Shown one piece after another: positions 7,829 to 13,921 of a stretch of 32,000 bases of DNA. A program made the position numbers and the translations under genes. Position 1 is the first letter of the stretch. Each line of letters begins with the position of its first letter. Source of the DNA: an uncultured archaeon (GTDB lineage Archaea > Altiarchaeota > Altiarchaeia > IMC4 > CAZEGI01); the NCBI GenBank assembly GCA_964512105.1, contig CAZEGI010000012.1, forward strand, positions 1 through 32,000. The letters run 5' to 3'. The notes under the pieces were generated by a model. The model searched no databases, was not told the origin of the DNA, and saw only the letters and a list, made by a program, of their open reading frames with translations.

Positions 7829-8449
7829 ATGTATCTAAATAAGATAATCGGCACGAGCACCAAGGTGAATGCACTCTACGCCCTGCTCAGAAATCCCCAG
7901 AAAGCATACATCGAAAAAGACCTGGCCAGGGAGGCAGACACCTCAATATCGGAAATCAACCGCCAGCTGCCAGACCTCGTGGCAGCAGGCCTGGTTTCCA
8001 TGGAACGCGTAGGGAAAATCAAGAGATACCAGATAAACACCAAACACTTCCTGTACCGCCCGTTGCGCAACCTGTTCGAGGACCTGAACAAGATTTATCG
8101 AGAAATCGGAGACAAAATAACCCAACACATAGTCAAAAAACAACCCAACGTTATCCAAGCAGTTATCCTCATGGGGAGTCTTGTCCGGGGGGAGGTACGT
8201 TCCGACATCATTCAGACCCCAAGCGACATCGACCTGTTGTTTGTGGTCAAAAAAAGAGGGGGTGAAATCAAAAACCTGCTGCTGGATTACATAAACCACA
8301 CGATAGTTCCGGAGTACGGCATCGCATGCTATCCCATTGTTTTAACGGTTGACGAGTATAAAAAAGGCCTAAAAAACAACTCATTCGTTATAGAAGCCCA
8401 CGCCAACGGAGAGGTGTTGTACGGTGAGAAACCGAAAAAGTTTGGTTGA
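7829..8449 (+). CDS. wHTH-fused minimal nucleotidyltransferase (MNT)
   Basis: N-terminal wHTH-like region (YIEKDLAREADTSISEINRQLPDLVAAGLVSMERVGKIKRYQI). NTase signature LMGSLVRGEVRSDIIQTPSDIDLLFVV (GS...D.D). Confidence 0.7.
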   Translation: MYLNKIIGTSTKVNALYALLRNPQKAYIEKDLAREADTSISEINRQLPDLVAAGLVSMERVGKIKRYQINTKHFLYRPLRNLFEDLNKIYREIGDKITQHIVKKQPNVIQAVILMGSLVRGEVRSDIIQTPSDIDLLFVVKKRGGEIKNLLLDYINHTIVPEYGIACYPIVLTVDEYKKGLKNNSFVIEAHANGEVLYGEKPKKFG

Positions 8450-8840
8450 ATGGTGTCTAACCAAGGCGGAAGAATACTTAGGATCTGCAGGCGACAACCT
8501 CAAAAACGACCGGTTATACCCTGCAGCAGAGGAGATATTCAGAGCCGTGGAAACGACCCTAGAGGCCTTGTTGTATCTGAGCGGTGTGAACAAGATAGAG
8601 TACCGACACCACGGGAAAGAATTTGTAGGCAGACTTGCCCTACAGTATCTGATTAGAAACACCCTGCTCAAGCAGGAAAGGATATCCAAACAAGAACATG
8701 ACTTCTATCTAACGCTTGCCACTGAACTGCACCAAGCAGGATACAGTTATGGTACCACCTTCCACAAAAGAAGACTGGAAGAATACATAGAATTCGCGGA
8801 AAAACTGTTTTACAAAGTAAAAGCACTTGCTGCTGAGTAG
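8424..8840 (+). CDS. HEPN-domain protein (COG2250-like) paired with the upstream MNT
   Basis: Overlaps the MNT gene by 26 nt (GTG8424; TTG8442 is an alternative start). Helical pattern AEEYLGSAGDNLKNDRLYPAAEEIFRAVETTLEALLYLSG...H. I did not see a clear R-x4-6-H motif. Confidence 0.5.
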   Translation: MRNRKSLVEWCLTKAEEYLGSAGDNLKNDRLYPAAEEIFRAVETTLEALLYLSGVNKIEYRHHGKEFVGRLALQYLIRNTLLKQERISKQEHDFYLTLATELHQAGYSYGTTFHKRRLEEYIEFAEKLFYKVKALAAE

Positions 8841-8848
8841 GAAGCAAT

Positions 8849-9295
8849 ATGAAAAAGGCAGCCGTCTACGTCAGGGTCAGCACAACCAAGCAGGCCAATG
8901 AAGGGTATTCCTTAGAGGCCCAAGAGAAAACCCTGAAAAAGTTCGTCAGGGACAGGGGCTGGAACCTTCACAGGGTGTATAAGGATGCAGGGGTGAGCGG
9001 CGGCACTGTCAGGAGAGATGCGTTCCAGAAGCTCCTGAACGCTGCGGAGAGGGGGATGTTCGATGTCGTGGTGGTGTACAAGCTCGACCGCTTCTCCAGA
9101 AGCCTCGGGGACCTGATAGAAACACTAAACAAGCTGGGACATTGCAGAAGATCTGGGTTATGTCATAGGCCCATCGTTGGGGGAATAGTGGCAGAATTTT
9201 ACAAAGATATCACTATACCTTTCATCTTTCTCGGGGTGTTACTATTACTGTTAGTTCTTCCAGTAATACTCATTAAAACCAAAATCCCCAGCTAA
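8849..9295 (+). pseudogene. Truncated serine recombinase (resolvase/invertase catalytic N-domain only)
   Basis: AAVYVRVSTTKQANEGYSLEAQ carries the catalytic Ser, followed by VVVYKLDRFSRSLGDLIETLNKLG. Homology stops near nt 9143 and the frame runs into unrelated hydrophobic sequence. There is no C-terminal HTH. Confidence 0.7.
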
Positions 9296-9333
9296 TTTAA
9301 AAAACCAGAGCAGATGAGAAAAACCTGCCGGAT

Positions 9334-10254
9334 TTACATTAACCCTAACTCTTTCTTCAGTTCGCAGACCTTACACACATCGCCCGCGGAAAGTTCTCCG
9401 CAAATTTTGCATTTCTTTATGCTGCCCGTGGTTTTTTTCTTCATCAGCAAAGCAAGTTCGTCAGTGGTTTTAAGAAGCTGGAACTTGCTGCCGGGGTGTT
9501 TTTTCTCTATCTCGTTTATGCAGTTCCTGATGCTGTTCCTGAATGCGTTTTCCAGGTAGGGACAGTCCTTAAAATTAACCCTAAAACCCTGAAGTTTCGC
9601 GTACATTTGCACTTCCTCTTCCGGGGTTTCACGCAGCGGTTTTATGCGCGGAACAAAGCCCTCAAAACGTTTCACTCCGACCTCTGCGCCCGCTCTGGCG
9701 ATGCGTTGCATGTCCCCGCGTATGAGGTTCATCATGGTTGCCTGCACTTCGTCGTCAAGGTTGTGGCCTGTCGCGATTTTGTTTACCTTCAGCTTCAGGG
9801 CTTTGGAGTTCAACAATCTGCGGCGCATGACACCGCAGTAGGTGCAGGCCTTTGTGGTGTCGGTTTTTCTCCTCATGATTTCGTCCACGGTAAGGCCGAA
9901 CTCCTTCTTGAACGAGTATATGTAATGCCTGACCCCGAGTTTTTTGCATATCTCTTTTGTGTTTTTCAAAAATTTTTTATTATTCTTTTTTATTCCAGGG
10001 TCAATGGTTATTGCAATTATTTCGGATTTCGGCGCGCGTTCCGATAGTTTTTTAAGAATTTTCAGAACAGTTACAGAATCCTTCCCGCCTGACAGCGCGA
10101 CTGCGATTTTGTCGGTCGGATTGAACAGTTTGTTGGTTCTTATCGTTCTGCGAACTCTTTTTTCAAAAAATTCAATGAAACAGCGTTTACAAAAACGGGT
10201 TTTGAAATACCTGAGTTCCACAACGCTTTTGTTTTTGCATCTCGAGCATTTCAT
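9334..10254 (-). CDS. TtuA/Ncs6-family PP-loop tRNA 2-thiolation enzyme
   Basis: N-terminal Zn finger CSRC...CKRC, PP-loop ALSGGKDSVTVL, ATGHNLDDE, C-terminal CKICGELSAGDVCKVC. Confidence 0.8.
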   Translation of the reverse strand: MKCSRCKNKSVVELRYFKTRFCKRCFIEFFEKRVRRTIRTNKLFNPTDKIAVALSGGKDSVTVLKILKKLSERAPKSEIIAITIDPGIKKNNKKFLKNTKEICKKLGVRHYIYSFKKEFGLTVDEIMRRKTDTTKACTYCGVMRRRLLNSKALKLKVNKIATGHNLDDEVQATMMNLIRGDMQRIARAGAEVGVKRFEGFVPRIKPLRETPEEEVQMYAKLQGFRVNFKDCPYLENAFRNSIRNCINEIEKKHPGSKFQLLKTTDELALLMKKKTTGSIKKCKICGELSAGDVCKVCELKKELGLM

Positions 10255-10703
10255 TTCTTTTTTATTCCGTATTTTTCCTCAAGCTTCTCAAGAACCTGTT
10301 CGATGTATTCAACACCGTCATCTATCAGCGGTTTTGTGTTTTCCCTGAACGCGGTTGACGGGCTTTTGTTTCCCGTAAAAACGTACCTGCTGCCCATCCT
10401 GTCAATCAGCTTTATTTCGCGGAAGTATCTCATCCAAATCTGTATGTTCCTGTCTGTCAAACCCTTCTTCACGTCCTTCATGCCGCGTTTTTTTCTTGCG
10501 TTTAGGATCTCTTTTTTGATGTTTTCCGTCGTCAGGGTGATGTCCTTCCCTTTTGCGATGAGCATCACCTCAAGAATATCGCAGGCAACGTCCGAGGTTA
10601 TCCCTAAAGCCTTTAAAAACTGCTCGGTGAGCTCCCTGCGGTTTTCGGTTTCCATGGTGGTGTCGTCATACCATCTTATGTTTATGTCGAAAATAGGCTT
10701 CAT
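10251..10703 (-). CDS. Hypothetical protein, translationally coupled (ATGA overlap) to the tRNA thiolase gene
   Basis: 150-aa Lys-rich ORF with protein-like composition. Its stop overlaps the start of the downstream gene by 4 nt. I recognised no family. Confidence 0.5.
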   Translation of the reverse strand: MKPIFDINIRWYDDTTMETENRRELTEQFLKALGITSDVACDILEVMLIAKGKDITLTTENIKKEILNARKKRGMKDVKKGLTDRNIQIWMRYFREIKLIDRMGSRYVFTGNKSPSTAFRENTKPLIDDGVEYIEQVLEKLEEKYGIKKK

Positions 10704-10723
10704 CTAAAATACCTCTACTCTTT

Positions 10724-11059
10724 TTATTTTTTATATAAAGAAGACAGCCTTTGTTTTAACTCAGGCAAATCTTTTTTCAAGACAATCCAGACCCGTTTTA
10801 TGTTAACACCAAAATATCCGTGTATGAGGATATCTCTCATGCCTGCAATCTTTTTCCAAGGTATTTCAGAATGCTTGTTTTTGAATTCTTCATCCAAACA
10901 TTTAACTGCTTCCCCAATAATCTCAAGCCTTCTTACAACAGCATCCTGAACCTGGCGATTCGAATTAAATTCTTCTTCAGTCAGCGATTTAGTGTATTCC
11001 TCAATAGCCAAAATGCTTTCAAGAACATCATTGAGATAAACCTTGCTGTCTCTTCTCAT
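10724..11059 (-). CDS. hepT: HepT (DUF86-type HEPN) toxin
   Basis: R-x4-H motif in MRDILIHGYFGVN. Size of 111 aa fits. 4-nt overlap with the upstream MNT gene. Confidence 0.8.
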   Translation of the reverse strand: MRRDSKVYLNDVLESILAIEEYTKSLTEEEFNSNRQVQDAVVRRLEIIGEAVKCLDEEFKNKHSEIPWKKIAGMRDILIHGYFGVNIKRVWIVLKKDLPELKQRLSSLYKK

Positions 11060-11340
11060 AAAATAACCACCTGTTCACCCAGTATATTCTTCCTAATCAT
11101 AGGCTTTATCGCGTCGTATTCCACCAAATCCACTCTTCTACCAACAACTTCCTCGAGGTCTATCTTCAATCCTACTAAATCAAGTAAACTCAAATCGTCT
11201 TTGATATCTACAAGGATATCCAGATCGCTATCTTTATCCCCTTCGCCCCTTACCAACGAGCCGAAGATACCGGATCTCCTGACACCATAACGCTTCAGCA
11301 CCGGGACAATCTTCTTCCTTAGTTTTTCAATATCCATCAT
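11056..11340 (-). CDS. mntA: MntA minimal nucleotidyltransferase antitoxin
   Basis: GIFGSLVRGEGDKDSDLDILVD signature. 94 aa, located immediately upstream of HepT. Confidence 0.8.
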   Translation of the reverse strand: MMDIEKLRKKIVPVLKRYGVRRSGIFGSLVRGEGDKDSDLDILVDIKDDLSLLDLVGLKIDLEEVVGRRVDLVEYDAIKPMIRKNILGEQVVIL

Positions 11341-11443
11341 TACATCACTAATAATCTCTTAAGCGCTGATTGTATAAAAATCTCCAGAACACTATCTTTT
11401 TCCATTTATCCTATGTAATCCAATATAACTCACAGGTAAAAAA

Positions 11444-12175
11444 ATGAAGTTTCTCGTTTCTGTTGTTAATGAAAAAGAAGCCAGAATGGCAGTGAAGGGC
11501 GGCGCTGACATAATCGACGTGAAAAATCCTGCTGAGGGTTCGCTTGGCGCAAACTTTCCATGGATAGTCCGGAACGTTCGGAAAGCGGTTCCGAAAAAAA
11601 TTGAAGTGAGTGCTACAATCGGCGATTTTCCGAATTTGCCGGGAACTGCCGCACTTGCTTCTCTCGGGGCAGCGTCATGCGGCGTTGACTACGTGAAGGT
11701 CGGATTGTTCGGAACGAAAAACGAGAAAGAGGCAGTGGCACTGGCATCCGCAGTTGTTAGGGCAGTGAAAACTTATAATTTTAACAATCATAAAAAAACA
11801 AAAATTGTAATTGCCGGTTATGCGGATTTCAAGAAAATAGGTTCAGTCAACCCTTTTTTGCTACCGAAAATCGCCTCCAAGGTCGGAGCCGATTTCGTGA
11901 TGATAGATACCGCAATAAAAAACGGAAGCAATCTTTTTGGGTTTTTTTCTTTACCTGAATTGAAAAAATTCGTTGACCAAGCGCATAAAAAAAATCTAGG
12001 AGCCGCGTTTGGCGGTTCATTGAAGAAAGAGGACGTAAAAAAATTGTTCCTGACGGGTGTTGATGTTGCCGGCTTCAGAACCGCTGTTTGTGCGGGCGGA
12101 AACCGTCTGGACGAAATAAGCATGAAGCGCGTGTCCGAACTCAAACAGCAATTTTTAAGCAGTGAAACAATATAG
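11444..12175 (+). CDS. mfnB: MfnB-family (DUF556) (5-formylfuran-3-yl)methyl phosphate synthase
   Basis: GGADIIDVKNPAEGSLGANFPW, VSATIGD, DYVKVGLFG, AGYAD and MIDTAIKNGSNLF match my recollection of the MJ1099 family. Confidence 0.75.
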   Translation: MKFLVSVVNEKEARMAVKGGADIIDVKNPAEGSLGANFPWIVRNVRKAVPKKIEVSATIGDFPNLPGTAALASLGAASCGVDYVKVGLFGTKNEKEAVALASAVVRAVKTYNFNNHKKTKIVIAGYADFKKIGSVNPFLLPKIASKVGADFVMIDTAIKNGSNLFGFFSLPELKKFVDQAHKKNLGAAFGGSLKKEDVKKLFLTGVDVAGFRTAVCAGGNRLDEISMKRVSELKQQFLSSETI

Positions 12176-12183
12176 CTACAAAA

Positions 12184-12684
12184 ATGGCTGACGAACCCGT
12201 GATGGTAAAAACGTTCAAGGAGAATGTTGATGTTGATACTCGCATAAAGGAAGGTGGCATTCTTGCGACCTTTTACTTGGAAGTTCAGGGCAACGACCGC
12301 GAGGCTGCACAGAAGGCCCTCGAGAATACCATATTCGACAGGATGAAAAAAGAGCCGGAAGCCGTTCTCCTGGAGGCAAAGATGTACGACCTGAAAAAGG
12401 AAAAAGTCGGCGAAGAGGAGTTCTACTCCGGCGTTGCGGAGGTGAAATTCTTGGCAACCGATTTCAGGTGGTTTGTGAACATCGTCATGAGATACGGACC
12501 GGCAGCAATAGAGATACACCAGCCGGACGAGGTTCATCTGACTTCTGACGAGATGCATTCGCTCGTTGCGGACGTCAGCGACACGAGCCAGATTCTGACC
12601 GCGCAGCTCATAAACCTGCTCAAGGACGACGAGCGGAGAGCGATTTACCATAAGATACTCGCGGAAGCCAAAGGGAAAAAATAG
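12184..12684 (+). CDS. Hypothetical protein, possibly co-transcribed with the mfnB-like gene
   Basis: 166-aa ORF starting 8 nt after the mfnB-like stop. Composition is balanced and protein-like. I recognised no motif. Confidence 0.5.
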   Translation: MADEPVMVKTFKENVDVDTRIKEGGILATFYLEVQGNDREAAQKALENTIFDRMKKEPEAVLLEAKMYDLKKEKVGEEEFYSGVAEVKFLATDFRWFVNIVMRYGPAAIEIHQPDEVHLTSDEMHSLVADVSDTSQILTAQLINLLKDDERRAIYHKILAEAKGKK

Positions 12685-12726
12685 CCCCAACGCGGTTTTT
12701 TATAAAACAAAATCTAATGATTCACG

Positions 12727-13749
12727 ATGAGATGCAAAATACTTTTTGCGCTGGTGATTTTTGCAACGGCACAGTACGCAACCGCACAGACGTTAGAAGG
12801 GTCGACAAAGACCGTAAATTACGTTGACCTTCTGATAGACGAGAGCGGAGTCGTGAATGTGAACTACGACCTTGAGATTCGTAGTGCCGATGGGGACCGC
12901 TTCTGGATTCCGGTACCTTCAGACGCAGACAAAATCTCGGTTTCGGATGCAAGCGGGAGTGTGCAATATAAACTTGTGCAGTCGAATGAAACGTCGTTGC
13001 TGGAATTCTACCCCAAGCCGGCAGGCAAGATAGCAATCGCTTTCAAAACACAGGGTTTGACAAGCAAGTTTGCAGGCGTCTGGAGGTTATCCACATCCTT
13101 GGATGTCACACCGCAAAAGACCATAGTGAGGATAAAGTTTCCGGACAATTCAAACACGAAGGTAATGAACATAACCCCGCATGATGTTCTAATGACCCCG
13201 GTTAAGGATGGCCTGTGGCTGTACCCGCAAACCACGGAAAATGGTTCGTTTACGTTTTCTATCGATTACACCATCGGAGAGATCCCCGTATCCCGAGCGG
13301 TGAGCGGCTATGTCGTTCCATTGCTGATTGTTCTTCTGGTTTTGCTGTCGCTCTTTATCCTGTTTTCCAAAAGACGCGCAAAAGGAAAGGAAGGGGAAAA
13401 AACCGAACCCGAAACCGTCAAACCGAAACCCGAAGAAGTAAAGGAAGCAGTAATCGAACCTGCAGAAACGCCCGAAGAGGTAAAAAAGACAGATGAGGAA
13501 AAACCAAAATCTAAAAAAGTAAAAGAACCCGTGCTGAACGTGCTGGAAGACCGCGAGAAGGAAATCGTCGAGTTACTAGCGGAAAATCCGGATGAGGAGA
13601 TAACCCAGGCATACATCTACAAAACGACAAAAATACCAAAAGCAACCCTTTCGGACTTAATAAAGAATTTAGAGGCCCGCAATATAATAGACAAGAGAAA
13701 GGATGGCAGATTGGTTTGGATAAAGCTCAAAGAAGACGTTTTAGGGTGA
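12727..13749 (+). CDS. Type-I membrane protein: signal peptide, extracellular domain, one TM, Lys/Glu-rich linker, C-terminal wHTH
   Basis: Signal peptide MRCKILFALVIFATAQYATAQ. TM segment YVVPLLIVLLVLLSLFILF. Linker KGKEGEKTEPETVKPKPEEVKE.... wHTH ITQAYIYKTTKIPKATLSDLIKNLEARNIIDKRKDGRLVWIKL. Confidence 0.65.
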   Translation: MRCKILFALVIFATAQYATAQTLEGSTKTVNYVDLLIDESGVVNVNYDLEIRSADGDRFWIPVPSDADKISVSDASGSVQYKLVQSNETSLLEFYPKPAGKIAIAFKTQGLTSKFAGVWRLSTSLDVTPQKTIVRIKFPDNSNTKVMNITPHDVLMTPVKDGLWLYPQTTENGSFTFSIDYTIGEIPVSRAVSGYVVPLLIVLLVLLSLFILFSKRRAKGKEGEKTEPETVKPKPEEVKEAVIEPAETPEEVKKTDEEKPKSKKVKEPVLNVLEDREKEIVELLAENPDEEITQAYIYKTTKIPKATLSDLIKNLEARNIIDKRKDGRLVWIKLKEDVLG

Positions 13750-13921
13750 AATAAGCATTAACGAACGTTTTTTAGTTAAAATAAGTAATCATGAACGTTT
13801 TTTAAAGTAAAACCCGTATACGTTCGGCCTTAGATATAAATATACGTATTTTTAATTTATAGTAGCAAATATGCATAGCACATTTGCTTTTATTAAAAAA
13901 TAAAAAAACGGAGGAAAACCA
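13750..13921. promoter_or_regulatory. AT-rich upstream region of the S-layer-type gene with direct repeats, palindromes, TATA-like boxes and an SD
   Basis: 25-nt direct repeats at 13750-13774 and 13780-13804 (21/25 identical, both ending GAACGTTTTTTA). Palindromes CGTATACG (13815-13822) and ATACGTAT (13842-13849). Inverted repeat GCAAAT..ATTTGC (13865-13887). AGATATAAATATA at 13832-13844. GGAGG at 13910-13914, 7 nt before the ATG. Confidence 0.5.

Noticed and set aside
9496-10707. Plus-strand ORFs 9496-10047, 9944-10348 and 10303-10707
   Set aside because: They are antisense shadows of the well-supported tRNA thiolase gene and its upstream partner. They are hydrophobic and low-complexity, with no motifs.
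11818-12690. 290-aa minus-strand ORF, unusually long
   Set aside because: It lies entirely antisense to the 3' end of the mfnB-like gene and the whole of ORF 12184-12684. Its composition is Leu/Phe/Arg/Ser/Cys-rich and junk-like, with no motif. The sense-strand genes have recognisable family signatures, so this is a typical shadow ORF.
13380-13520. Repetitive GAA/AAA/CCG-rich DNA in the regulator gene
   Set aside because: It is explained by the Lys/Glu/Pro-rich linker of the membrane-anchored wHTH protein and is not an independent repeat element.
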